From an uncultured Christensenellaceae bacterium (GTDB taxonomy: Bacteria; Bacillota; Clostridia; Christensenellales; CAG-314): 64,000 nucleotides of DNA. Below are positions 35,416-45,131 of the stretch, in pieces. The first letter of the stretch is position 1; every line of letters starts with the position of its first letter. Both the position numbers and the translations under genes were made by a program. The stretch covers positions 66,008 through 130,007 of the forward strand of contig CAJUNH010000004.1 of the NCBI GenBank assembly GCA_910587795.1, given 5' to 3'. The notes beneath the pieces were generated by a model. The model was not told the origin of the DNA. It was given only the letters and a program-made list of their open reading frames with translations, and did not search any database.

Positions 35416-36912
35416 ATGGAAAAGCAACGGACATACATCGCAATAGACTTAAAGTCTTTTTACGCTTCCGTCGAGTGCGTAGAGCGCAATTTGGACGCTA
35501 TGGACACGCACCTTGTCGTTGCGGACTCTTCCCGTACGGAAAAGACCATTTGTCTTGCTGTATCTCCGTCGCTTAAAGAGTACGGCTTAGGCGGACGCGC
35601 AAGGCTGTTTGAAGTAGTGCAAAAAGTTAAACAAATCAACGCCGACCGACGTTTTAAGGCGCCTGACAAAAAGTTTAGCGGTAAATCGTGCATTGCAAGC
35701 GAATTGTCTGCAAATCCGTCGTTAGAGTTGGATTTTGTAATTGCTCCGCCGCAAATGGCAAAATATATGCAATTAAGCACGAAAATTTACAATATCTACA
35801 AAAAATACGTTTCGGCGGACGATATTGTAGTTTATTCTATAGACGAAGTTTTTATAGACGCAACGGATTATTTAAAGTATTATAACTGTACTGCAAAGCA
35901 GCTTGTAATGAAAATTATTTTGGACGTATTAAAAACTACGGGCATTACCGCAACGGCGGGCATCGGTACAAATCTGTACCTTGCCAAAGTGGCAATGGAT
36001 ATAGGCGCAAAGCACATCAAGGCGGATAAAAACGGCGTACGTATAGCGACGTTGGACGAAATGACCTACCGCAAAAGACTTTGGTCGCACGAGCCTATTA
36101 CGGATTTTTGGCGCGTCGGCAGGGGGTATGCAAACAAACTGCAAATGCACGGCATTACCTCTATGGGGGACGTGGCGCGCTGTTCGCTGGAAAACGAGGA
36201 TTTGCTTTACGGACTGTTCGGCATAAATGCCGAATTGTTGATAGATCACGCTTGGGGATACGAACCGTGCGAAATTAAGCATATCAAGGCATATAAGCCG
36301 CAAAATAACTGTTTGTCGTCGGGGCAGGTTTTAATCTGTCCGTACGACTACGAAAAAACAAAGATAATCGTTAAGGAAATGATTGAGTTGCTTTGCTTAG
36401 ATTTAGTTGCCCAAAAAATCGTCACAAACCAAATAGTGCTGACAATAGGGTACGATGCCGAAAATTTAACTAACCCCGATATCCGCAAAAAATATAAAGG
36501 AGAAGTAACTACCGACTATTACGGACGCAAAATTCCCAAACACGCCCACGGTACGGAAAATTTGGGCTGTTATACTTCGTCCGCGCAGCGGATAATGAAA
36601 GCGGCTGTGGAGTTGTTTGATCGTATCTATAATAAAAACTTACTTGCGCGCAGGATTAGCGTCACCGCTAATTTTGTTATAGACGAGGCGGAGGGGGATA
36701 GGCGCAACAGCTGCAGACAACTGTCTATTTTTGATAACGAGGACGCGGCGATATGCGAAAAGCAAAAGCTTAACAGAGAACGTCGGTTAAAGGAAACGGA
36801 AATTGCTTTGCAGAAAAAGTACGGCAAAAACGCGATATTAAAGGGAACGGATTTGCAGGAGGGCGCAACTACAAAAGAGCGTAACGGAAAAATAGGAGGA
36901 CACAAAGCATAA
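35416..36912 (+). CDS. Y-family (UmuC/DinB/UvrX-like) translesion DNA polymerase
   Basis: 498 aa. YIAIDLKSFYASVEC and YSIDEVFID are the catalytic acidic motifs of Y-family polymerases. Confidence 0.85.
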   Translation: MEKQRTYIAIDLKSFYASVECVERNLDAMDTHLVVADSSRTEKTICLAVSPSLKEYGLGGRARLFEVVQKVKQINADRRFKAPDKKFSGKSCIASELSANPSLELDFVIAPPQMAKYMQLSTKIYNIYKKYVSADDIVVYSIDEVFIDATDYLKYYNCTAKQLVMKIILDVLKTTGITATAGIGTNLYLAKVAMDIGAKHIKADKNGVRIATLDEMTYRKRLWSHEPITDFWRVGRGYANKLQMHGITSMGDVARCSLENEDLLYGLFGINAELLIDHAWGYEPCEIKHIKAYKPQNNCLSSGQVLICPYDYEKTKIIVKEMIELLCLDLVAQKIVTNQIVLTIGYDAENLTNPDIRKKYKGEVTTDYYGRKIPKHAHGTENLGCYTSSAQRIMKAAVELFDRIYNKNLLARRISVTANFVIDEAEGDRRNSCRQLSIFDNEDAAICEKQKLNRERRLKETEIALQKKYGKNAILKGTDLQEGATTKERNGKIGGHKA

Positions 36913-37307
36913 TGTACAATGATATAATTAATCTACCGCACTATGTTTCTAAAAAACGTCCGCAAATGTCTATGGAAGACCGCGCCGCGCAGTTTGCCCC
37001 TTTTGCCGCATTAGTAGGCTTTGACGACGGCATAGAGGAAACAAACAGACAAGTGGAGCAGTTTACCGACCTTGATGAAGACGTTATGCAGGAGTTAGAC
37101 GAAAAAATACGGTATCTACAGGCGCATATTGCAGAAAATCCTTTGGTTGAAATAACTTATTTTGTTCCTGACGGGTTAAAAGAGGGCGGTGAATACAAAA
37201 CCGTGCGCGGCAAAGTTAAAAAAATAGATAAAGATAATTTGTCGATATGCTTTACCGATAAGCAAAGCTTTTTAATAAAAACCATTCGTCAAATAATACT
37301 GCCGTAA
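36912..37307 (+). CDS. YolD-like accessory protein
   Basis: 131 aa. ...MSMEDRAAQFAPFAALVGFDD is the YolD-like signature. It has a TAATG overlap with the polymerase gene, the same pairing as uvrX-yolD. Confidence 0.6.
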   Translation: MYNDIINLPHYVSKKRPQMSMEDRAAQFAPFAALVGFDDGIEETNRQVEQFTDLDEDVMQELDEKIRYLQAHIAENPLVEITYFVPDGLKEGGEYKTVRGKVKKIDKDNLSICFTDKQSFLIKTIRQIILP

Positions 37308-37685
37308 CGTTCTAAATAACGGCGGTGTATTTTACGGTTTTCTATTAATTAATATCCTAAAACAAAAACGTAGCTCTAATATATATCCGTTTTAGTAAAC
37401 GTTTTATAACAGTAATTAAAAGAAACAGGAATAAGTTACCCCGATTGACTGCGAAAAATTATAAATTAAAAACAGCGAGATTTGTAAATAAAATAATGTC
37501 TTTTAAACGCTTGCAAATTTTATGCGACGGTGTTACAATAATTTAGCAAATTAAATGTTGAAAAGATTTTTAATTTTTGCAGTATTTGTAAGCACATCTA
37601 TTTGTTTTGTAACGCTGCGTGCCGATGATGTTAAGCGTACGGCGGAAATAGACGTAGTAAACTTTAACATATAAACTAAATATAT

Positions 37686-37761
37686 GGGGGCATAGCACAG
37701 TTGGTAGCGCGATACGTTCGCAACGTATAGGTCAGGGGTTCGACTCCCCTTGTCTCCACCA
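37686..37761 (+). tRNA. tRNA-Ala (anticodon CGC), CCA encoded
   Basis: The cloverleaf was read by hand. The acceptor GGGGGCA/TGTCTCC carries the G3:U70 alanine identity pair. The anticodon stem ATACG/CGTAT has loop TTCGCAA. The T-arm is GGGGTTCGACTCCCC and the 3' end is ACCA. Confidence 0.9.
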
Positions 37762-37811
37762 TACAGTGCCCAGTTGAACCTCTTGGTTTGATTGGGTTCT
37801 TTATTTATAAA

Positions 37812-37835
37812 AACACGCAATACGGCGTGTTTTTT
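37812..37835 (+). terminator. Terminator after tRNA-Ala
   Basis: The stem is AACACGC/GCGTGTT, followed by TTTTT. Confidence 0.6.
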
Positions 37836-37933
37836 GCATTAACGGGTGTTTGGGCGAGGTTCGTTTTAGGTTGTCTATGAGTAGGAAAACCAACCTAAAA
37901 TGAATGTATGGACTTGCAGTTTAATGCTACTTG

Positions 37934-39202
37934 TTATATACAAGCACCCGCCACAGTGCCATTTAAATTATATTTATTTTCTAAACTTTGCAAACCTTTT
38001 GTTTTAATGGTCTCTAACAATTTTATATCTGCTGATAATATCTCGATTTGATGCTCTATACTTTTTGCTTGATTATTTAAATTAGCATTATCCTTTTGCA
38101 AACCTGTAATTTTTCTTTGTAATTCTATAATTTCGTTACTTGAAATAGGCGCATAAGCTTCTTTAATTAAAGAAATAAGCTGTTCTCTATCTATTAGTCT
38201 AATGTGAGCTTCTTGCGCATAGTCTTTCGCTTGCTTTGTAAAATGACTATTCGTTATCACCCAAGCATTTTTTGTTTTGTATTTTGCCATTGATCCATAA
38301 ACTTCATATAAGGCGTGAATACCAACCATACCTGAATACAACTTGCATTGCACGCTAATTGTATTATCTACAATCAAATCAGCCCCGCAGTCGCCACTTC
38401 CCTTTGTCATTGTTACAGAATGGTTGAGTTGTCTAAACATTTTTTCGCAATAGGCTTCAAACTCTAGACCAGTTAGAGTATCTACATATTCTATTCCACC
38501 CCGCTTGGCAATTGCTTTACGCTCAATATCACGTAATTTATTTTGTTGGTCAAATATACTAGATGTGTTATTAGAAATATCAACTTTAATTATTCTTAAC
38601 TGTTCATTAAATTTGGCTATCTGACTTTCTATTACAGCTTTAATTTTTGTTATTCTTGCATTCTTTTTTCTTAATTTAGTAAAAACAACTATCCCTATAC
38701 AAATTAGAATTGGAATAATGATTATAGTTCCCAGTGGTAAATAGTAAGAGTTCGTTTCGCCGATAGACTTAATCTCATAGACTTCGTTATCTGATAGCTT
38801 GTATTCAATTTTAACAATTTGATAATTATCAGCAATATAACAAGCTTTCTGATAGCTCGCCGAAGGGTCTAACATATGTATTGCTATCGTAATTTTTTTA
38901 TTCTTTTTGACCGTGTAGGATATCAGATTGGGATAACTAAAAATTTCTTTTGTATTCTTATCTTGACAATATAATATGATTTCGTTCGTGTTTATAACAA
39001 TTGTGTCGTTTGTTGCATTTATAATTTCGCCATCGGCATAGACGCCACTAACATTATGTATAGAGAAAGTACCTACCTTCCTTACTAATTTAGAATATTT
39101 AGCTGTATCACTCCAAACATAAAATCCCGTAATGGAATAGAACCCGACAATAATGCCTATTATCAAACATACTAACACAAAATAACCAATAACTTTTTTC
39201 AT
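37934..39202 (-). CDS. Membrane-anchored Mrr-type (restriction endonuclease fold) protein with coiled coils
   Basis: 422 aa. Its two TM helices (VIGYFVLVCLIIGIIVGFY; LGTIIIIPILICIGIVVF) flank a ~130-aa outer domain. The cytoplasmic Mrr_cat pattern is LTGLEFEAYCEKMFRQLNH.V..T.GSGDCGADLIV....ISVQCKLY...VGIHALYEVYG......TKNAWVITNSHFTKQAKDYA. Heptad-rich segments lie on both sides of it. Confidence 0.65.
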   Translation of the reverse strand: MKKVIGYFVLVCLIIGIIVGFYSITGFYVWSDTAKYSKLVRKVGTFSIHNVSGVYADGEIINATNDTIVINTNEIILYCQDKNTKEIFSYPNLISYTVKKNKKITIAIHMLDPSASYQKACYIADNYQIVKIEYKLSDNEVYEIKSIGETNSYYLPLGTIIIIPILICIGIVVFTKLRKKNARITKIKAVIESQIAKFNEQLRIIKVDISNNTSSIFDQQNKLRDIERKAIAKRGGIEYVDTLTGLEFEAYCEKMFRQLNHSVTMTKGSGDCGADLIVDNTISVQCKLYSGMVGIHALYEVYGSMAKYKTKNAWVITNSHFTKQAKDYAQEAHIRLIDREQLISLIKEAYAPISSNEIIELQRKITGLQKDNANLNNQAKSIEHQIEILSADIKLLETIKTKGLQSLENKYNLNGTVAGACI

Positions 39203-39223
39203 AGTAATTTAAAAATTGATAAT

Positions 39224-39724
39224 TCAATTGGATTGGTTTATCTTTTGTCTACTCTCTATGTATTTTATTAAGCAACGCGAGTACAAGTTCATAAAATCTA
39301 ATTCGCTTTTTTTAGGTGTAAAATTATAGCGCCAATCGTTATTTGCTAACTTATTCTCGTCTAATAATCTAAGTAAATTACTATTCCCATTATCCATATT
39401 ATTAAATAAGTGTTGCACTTCACTTTGAATATTCAAGGGAAATTTTTCAAAAAGAAGCTTTAAATTATGAACCTTGTTCGTTTTAGGATAATCTATTTTT
39501 TCTAATTCAAGAATGCAACAACTTAAATATTCAATGGCATAAGTATAACACAATATACTTGGTATAATTGTGTTGATATAATTTTTATCGAACTCTTGAT
39601 TTTTTAACAAATTTGCCGACCTAAAATATGAACGCCCTAAATATAGCAATAAATCCCAGTGCCCGTCAAAAGATACTGTATAATCCCATAAATTATTGTG
39701 TGAGTGAATATCTGTCACTTTCAT
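39224..39724 (-). CDS. HEPN-like four-helix protein (166 aa)
   Basis: I start at MKVTDIH after RBS AGAGG. The blocks YAIEYLSCCILE...KVHNLKLLFEKFP...NDWRYNF resemble the HEPN (PF05168-like) pattern A.E..lK.......HdL..L....... RY. Confidence 0.4.
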   Translation of the reverse strand: MKVTDIHSHNNLWDYTVSFDGHWDLLLYLGRSYFRSANLLKNQEFDKNYINTIIPSILCYTYAIEYLSCCILELEKIDYPKTNKVHNLKLLFEKFPLNIQSEVQHLFNNMDNGNSNLLRLLDENKLANNDWRYNFTPKKSELDFMNLYSRCLIKYIESRQKINQSN

Positions 39725-39953
39725 AACAATACCTCTATTTATGATAAAGTATATCACTTTTCACCATAAAAGTAAATACTTTTGTTGTAAAAGAATTAGC
39801 TATGGAAAAATTCGTTTTAGGTTATTACTGCTCCACCATTAGTAAATGATACGAACCATAATGAAAATTATCGGTTCGTTTTATTTTACAAAGTTAATAT
39901 TCGGGTTTAAAATTGAAAGGTGATTTGTAAAATAGTAATTATGAGGAAATACT

Positions 39954-40181
39954 ATGAAAAATCAAAAATACGCTGTTTGTAATGAATGTAAAAGTAAATT
40001 TCTTAAATCTAGTTCAGTGATGGAATCTCTATGTCCGGAGTGCGCAAGTATTATATACGGTTATCCAAATTGTAACCATATTTTTAAAAACGGCAGATGC
40101 ATACAGTGCTATTGGAATGGAAGCCGAAGTGATTATATAAAACATTGTTTGGATATCAATGACAAAGAAAATAAAAATTAA
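39954..40181 (+). CDS. Small Cys-rich zinc-ribbon protein (75 aa)
   Basis: Cysteine pairs CNECK...CPECA...CNH...CIQC are present. RBS GAGGAAA. Confidence 0.45.
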   Translation: MKNQKYAVCNECKSKFLKSSSVMESLCPECASIIYGYPNCNHIFKNGRCIQCYWNGSRSDYIKHCLDINDKENKN

Positions 40182-40378
40182 ATAAATAAGACGGTTGTAC
40201 TGCTTTTTTAATTATTATATTAGGTAATTAAAGTAAAAAGTTTTTACAATCTAAGATTAATTATGAAAACGCGATAGTATCGCTCGAATTTTATCAAGTA
40301 CTCGCCACAGGGTCTTGAATATAGTTTTGAATAAAATAAAAGCTGTGAGATCATGCTGACCTCTCGGCGTTTGTTTTA

Positions 40379-40959
40379 TCAATAATCTATCAATCTTCCG
40401 TTATCGTCCCATTTGCCGAACATTATACCTTGACGTGTGTTTTTAATAAACTTCTGTAAGCGACTATTAAATAATTCGGGCTGTTTTTTCTTTATTTGTA
40501 TTGTATCAATTCACACGCGCCTATATAAGGGCGGAAAACTCATATAATTGTCCCATACCGTTTTATCCGCCTGCAATGCCGTTAATATCGTTTCGTCAAT
40601 CACAAAACCTCTTTCGGACATATCGGGTAATACCGCTCGTCCAGCATCAGTCATTTTACCTAGCTTTTCCGTACGGCGGCAGCGTTCTTTATTTAATTTG
40701 GACCATAAAGATTTAGCCTTACGCGGAGCGAACTTTTGTGCCGTAATACCGTTTTCGAGCTTCTTGGCTGTACTGTCTATCCATCGAAACACATTGCCTC
40801 TTCAACGGCGTCTATATACCAAAATACATTATCGCTTTTCGGTTCGCCGCGCTTTACTATACACCAACATTCTTTTTCGATTGCATAATATTTAGAAAGC
40901 CAATCTCTAAATTCTTCTCGGTTGCAAACGCTTAATAAATTGTTTATTTCAATACTCAT
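40379..40959 (-). pseudogene. YdeI/OmpD-associated-family gene with a frameshift and an in-frame stop
   Basis: The N-part ends ...VEEAMCFDG* and the next frame continues (G)WIDSTAKK.... Reading TGT TTC GAT GGA TAG suggests a 1-nt loss in the Gly codon near 40787. After ...PPLYRRV a TGA (40511-40513) interrupts a frame that continues for 44 codons (IDTIQIKKKQPELFNSRLQKFIKNTRQG...). Confidence 0.65.
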
Positions 40960-41351
40960 TGCTCCAACAAATCCTTTATTTGTTCTTCCGTATATGGGCT
41001 TACGTAATCGGGAGCGCATAAATGCGTTTGGCTCCACGTCATCATTTGCGTAAGGATAGGCACAAAACTTTTACCGAGTTCTGTCAAGGTATATTCTACT
41101 TTGGGCGGAACTTCTTTATAAATTTCACGGTGAATAAAGCCGTCGTCTTCTAACTCTCGCAACTGTTTAGTTAGAGTTGATTGCGTAATACCGTCTATTC
41201 TTCTTAATAGTTCGCCGAAACGCTGTACTTTGCTTACGGCAATATACCACATAATGAGAAATTTCCACTTTCCGCTTAATACGGATTGCAACGTGCTCAT
41301 AGGGACGCACCGCATCATAACTTCTCTTTTTCTAAATTTATTATCTGTCAT
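40956..41351 (-). CDS. HxlR-family winged-helix transcriptional regulator
   Basis: The pattern CPMSTLQSVLSGKWKFLIMWYI...RFGELLRRIDGITQSTLTKQLRELEDDGFIHREIYKEVPPKVEYTLTELG is canonical HxlR. It has an ATGA overlap with the ydeI-like gene. Confidence 0.85.
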   Translation of the reverse strand: MTDNKFRKREVMMRCVPMSTLQSVLSGKWKFLIMWYIAVSKVQRFGELLRRIDGITQSTLTKQLRELEDDGFIHREIYKEVPPKVEYTLTELGKSFVPILTQMMTWSQTHLCAPDYVSPYTEEQIKDLLEQ

Positions 41352-41503
41352 AGTAAAACTCCTTATTTTTATTATAGCGAAATGCAAATGGCAAGTCAAT
41401 CGCAATAGTATTATTTTTAATACTATTACTAAATAAAGACAGTACTTGAAATTTAGTACTATGCCGATTTATAATATAAAAAATATTAAAGGAAGGTATT
41501 AAT

Positions 41504-42388
41504 ATGCACTACACGGGAACGGTTTGGCGTCCGCCTTATGAGGCGTGGTCGGCTCTATTACAAGTTACAGCAGGTTGTACACATCATAAATGCAAATTTT
41601 GTACTTTATACGAAGATATACCGTTTAAATTCAAAATATCGTCTATGGAAGAAGTCGAGGAGGACTTAAAAGAGTTGCGTTACTTTACGCCTGATGTTAC
41701 TAGACTGTTTTTAGTCGGGGCAAATCCGTTTGTATTGTCAACGGAAAAATTAAGACAAATAGCGTATTTATCTAAACAGTATCTTAACCGACTTAAAACT
41801 ATCGGCTGTTTTGCTCGTATAACGGATATAACACCGAAAAGCGTTGAAGAGTTAAAGCAGTTGCGCAGCTGCGGTTATAACGGTATCACAATCGGCGTCG
41901 AAACGGGCGACGACGAGGCTTTATCGTTTATGCACAAGGGCTATACTTCTGCGGATATTTTAACACAGTGCAGTAAACTCGACGAAGCAGGTCTCGAATA
42001 TAACTTTTTTTATCTGACGGGCATTTACGGTAAAGGAAAAAGCAAGCAGGGCGTTGAAAATACGCTAAAAGTATTTAATCAACTTAACCCGAAAATCGTC
42101 GGGGCATCTATGCTGACAATTTACCCTGCGTCGGAATTATACGGCGAAATTCAAAACGGAAATTGGGCGGAAGAAAGCGAAACGGAAAAATACGAGGAAT
42201 TGAAAATGCTTGTAAACGGTTTGGATATTAAAACGCACTTTGCCGCTTTGGGTGCGTCGAACGCCGTCCAACTGCACGGGAATATACCGAGCGATAAAGC
42301 GGAATTGATTTCAATAATCGACGAAATTATAAGTCGTTTCGGTGAAAGCGAACTTAGAAATTATAGAAAGAATTTGAAACACCTTTAA
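41504..42388 (+). CDS. Radical SAM protein
   Basis: 294 aa. The CTHHKCKFCT (CxxxCxxC) cluster lies near the N-terminus. The gene is divergent from the HxlR regulator. Confidence 0.75.
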   Translation: MHYTGTVWRPPYEAWSALLQVTAGCTHHKCKFCTLYEDIPFKFKISSMEEVEEDLKELRYFTPDVTRLFLVGANPFVLSTEKLRQIAYLSKQYLNRLKTIGCFARITDITPKSVEELKQLRSCGYNGITIGVETGDDEALSFMHKGYTSADILTQCSKLDEAGLEYNFFYLTGIYGKGKSKQGVENTLKVFNQLNPKIVGASMLTIYPASELYGEIQNGNWAEESETEKYEELKMLVNGLDIKTHFAALGASNAVQLHGNIPSDKAELISIIDEIISRFGESELRNYRKNLKHL

Positions 42389-42691
42389 TCTTAAAACCGC
42401 GCCGACTTACAGCAGGGCGTATGCCTGTTTTGCTGCAAAAATCCAATAGATCCGTTGATACGGCGGTTTACTTCAATCTCCGCGGCAGAAAAAATGTAAT
42501 CGCGTACGATGTTTATGTTAAATACACCAAACTGCCATAGACTCTGCTGAAAACGGTGATTAAACTTCAATAGAGCTCCGCCTTTTATTGTTGTATAACT
42601 TATAAAACGTAATATATTTTTTTGTCAAGGGTGCCGCGGGCTTTATAGCATACAAAAACCTTTCGGCGCAGTCGGCAAATTAATACACATT

Positions 42692-42733
42692 AAAAACGTC
42701 CAAACTCTCAAATAATAATGAGCGTTTGGACGT
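42692..42733 (-). terminator. Terminator of the LRR gene
   Basis: The 10-bp stem is ACGTCCAAAC/GTTTGGACGT, with a U-tract on the minus strand. Confidence 0.6.
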
Positions 42734-42790
42734 TTAATCATTTTACTGCAAAGAGGTATTATTTTTAAACACGCCGAGTATACATAAAAT

Positions 42791-45046
42791 TTAATCAGTA
42801 GCGGTAAATTTTATTTTCGGGTTCAGTTTTGTAAAATATTTTCTCATACGTTCGGGCGCGCAAACCGTTTCAAGGTTGACCGAATCGTCGAAACAACCGT
42901 CGGGCGAATACAGGCTTTGGGGCAGCGTAAGATGTTTTAGCTTTTTACAGCCTTTAAACGCTTCGCTCATTATTATTTCCACGCCTTCGGGTATAACAAT
43001 GCTTTCAAGCTCCGATTCCGCAAAGGCTTCGGCGTATATCCGCATAACGGTACCTCCGGCAGGTATCACTGTCGTGGGGCAGCCCGCCCAAAGCTCTCTT
43101 TTTGTTAAGTTCAGCAGGCAGTTACCTTGCGAAGAAAATACTTCGTTGCCCTCGGCTACGGTTATTTTTTCCAGTTTGGGTTTAAACCTGAAACCCGCGT
43201 TAAAAAATGATTTTGCCGTGGACGGTAACGAAATAACTTTAACGTTATCGCACTTATAAAACGATAGGTAGCCTATTTCTTCCACCCCTTCGGGGAAGTT
43301 AAGAACCTCCAGTTTTTTGCACCCCTCAAAAGCGCAGCTTCCTATTGTTTTCAGTCCTTGGGGCATTTTCAGTTCGGTGACGTTCCCGCAATTATAAAAA
43401 GCATATGCGCCTATTTCTTTCAATCCATCATCGAAAACAACGGCTTCCAGGTTGGAACATTCATTAAACGCGCTGTCGCCAACCGTTTCCAAACCGTAAG
43501 GAAAAGTGACGGATTTGATTCCCGTGCAAGAATCGAACGCCTTGTTTCCTATCTTTTTCACTCCGCGCGGAATAACAACATTCTCTAATTTTCCGCATTT
43601 ATAAAAAGCGCCGTTTCCTATCTTGTCTATGCCGCTTTCCGGAATAACCGAGGAGTTGCAGCCGAGCACAAGCGTTTTGTTTTTGACGTCCACTATGCAG
43701 TCGTTTACGCTTCGGTATTTTTTGTTTCCCTCGTCAACTGTTATCGAGCAGAGGTTTTCGCAGCCCTCAAACGCGCTGCCTGCTATCGCCGTGACAGAAG
43801 AAGATATTACAACGCTCTCTAATTTCTTTTTACCTTTAAACGCCTTAGCCTTTATCGCCGTAACTCCGTCGGGTATAACTACGTTAACAGCCTTTCCGCG
43901 GTATTTGCGGATAGCGGTGCCGTCCATTTCAAAGTCGGGGTTTGATATCTTGCGTTGGATTTTCTCCGCCAAAGTACATCCTACAAACGCATCTCTGCTT
44001 ATAAAGTCGGGGTCGGGCGGCAAAATTACGTCTTTAAGCGCACATCCCCAAAACGCGCTGTCGCCTATGTACTTAACCGAAGGCGGAATAACGGCTTCCT
44101 GCAGTTTTTCACAGCTTATAAACGCATATTTTTCAATTTTTACAAGTCCGTTGGGCATTACTGCTTTTTTTAGATTGCGGCAGCAGCGGAACGTGGCGGA
44201 TTCTATTGCCGTAATTCCATTGCCTATGGTTACGGAAGTTATCCCGCTCATTTCAAACGCTCCCGAACCTACTTTTACGGTACGGTCGGATATTACGACA
44301 TCGCATTGCAGGCTTTTGCAGTTTTGAAAGGCGTTTTTTTCAATGCGTTCAACATTTTCAAGATTGATTTTTTCCAGCTTTTCACATCCCTCAAACGCGC
44401 TTACGTCTAACTTTTTTACGCTTTCGGGTAAAACTATCTCTTTTAAAGACCTGCAATTAAGAAACGCATACCTGCCTATGCTTTTAACGCTTTCGGGAAT
44501 ATTAATCTCTTTTAAATAATACTGACGGCAAAACGCGCCTTCGTTAATAGCCGTGATACTGCCGTCGTCGGGAATAACGGAATTTCGGCAGCCGGAAATA
44601 ACCGTTCCCGTCGCCCTTTCAATTAAACAGTTTCCCTCCGAGCGGAAAACGGGGTTGTTTTCGTCGACGGTAATTTCTTTTAATCCGTAACAGTTGTTAA
44701 ACGGCTGATACTTTTTGTCCAGTTTAACAAGCGAAGCGGGCAGATGAACTTTTTCAAGCGAACAGCAATGATTAAACGCCCACGGTCCCAGCTCCTCCAA
44801 GCCTTCTTGAAAAATTACTTCTTTTAGACTGTAACAGTGGTTAAACGCTTCTTTTCCAACTAATTTAAGCGTAGACGGAAATATCACGGATACGCAGCCC
44901 TCGCTTTCGAAGGCACAATTATGTATTTTTATTACGCCATCGGGCACGGCTATGTTGCAGCTTCCTTTAACGGGCGTTCTGTGTTTTAATACAACGTTAT
45001 TTTCTATTATACCGTAAAAGTCGTATTCGGTGTTTTTCGTTGCCAT
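42791..45046 (-). CDS. Cytoplasmic BspA-type leucine-rich-repeat (LRR_5) protein
   Basis: 751 aa made almost entirely of ~23-25-aa repeats of the type IP.SVK.IG..AF..C..LKEI. The N-terminus MATKNTEYDFYGIIENN has no signal peptide or anchor. Confidence 0.8.
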   Translation of the reverse strand: MATKNTEYDFYGIIENNVVLKHRTPVKGSCNIAVPDGVIKIHNCAFESEGCVSVIFPSTLKLVGKEAFNHCYSLKEVIFQEGLEELGPWAFNHCCSLEKVHLPASLVKLDKKYQPFNNCYGLKEITVDENNPVFRSEGNCLIERATGTVISGCRNSVIPDDGSITAINEGAFCRQYYLKEINIPESVKSIGRYAFLNCRSLKEIVLPESVKKLDVSAFEGCEKLEKINLENVERIEKNAFQNCKSLQCDVVISDRTVKVGSGAFEMSGITSVTIGNGITAIESATFRCCRNLKKAVMPNGLVKIEKYAFISCEKLQEAVIPPSVKYIGDSAFWGCALKDVILPPDPDFISRDAFVGCTLAEKIQRKISNPDFEMDGTAIRKYRGKAVNVVIPDGVTAIKAKAFKGKKKLESVVISSSVTAIAGSAFEGCENLCSITVDEGNKKYRSVNDCIVDVKNKTLVLGCNSSVIPESGIDKIGNGAFYKCGKLENVVIPRGVKKIGNKAFDSCTGIKSVTFPYGLETVGDSAFNECSNLEAVVFDDGLKEIGAYAFYNCGNVTELKMPQGLKTIGSCAFEGCKKLEVLNFPEGVEEIGYLSFYKCDNVKVISLPSTAKSFFNAGFRFKPKLEKITVAEGNEVFSSQGNCLLNLTKRELWAGCPTTVIPAGGTVMRIYAEAFAESELESIVIPEGVEIIMSEAFKGCKKLKHLTLPQSLYSPDGCFDDSVNLETVCAPERMRKYFTKLNPKIKFTATD

Positions 45047-45131
45047 ATTTTATTTCTCCCATATTATAGTAAACGTTATAGTAAGTTGCTGATTTTATTT
45101 GTTAATTATGCGCTCTCTTGATAAGTCATTA

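Noticed and set aside
37551-37820. 89-aa minus-strand ORF.
   Set aside because: It overlaps the tRNA-Ala gene and its terminator, so it is not coding.
43623-44327. 234-aa plus-strand ORF inside the LRR gene, and also 42876-43259.
   Set aside because: It is antisense to the periodic LRR coding sequence. The repeat periodicity creates long open antisense frames.
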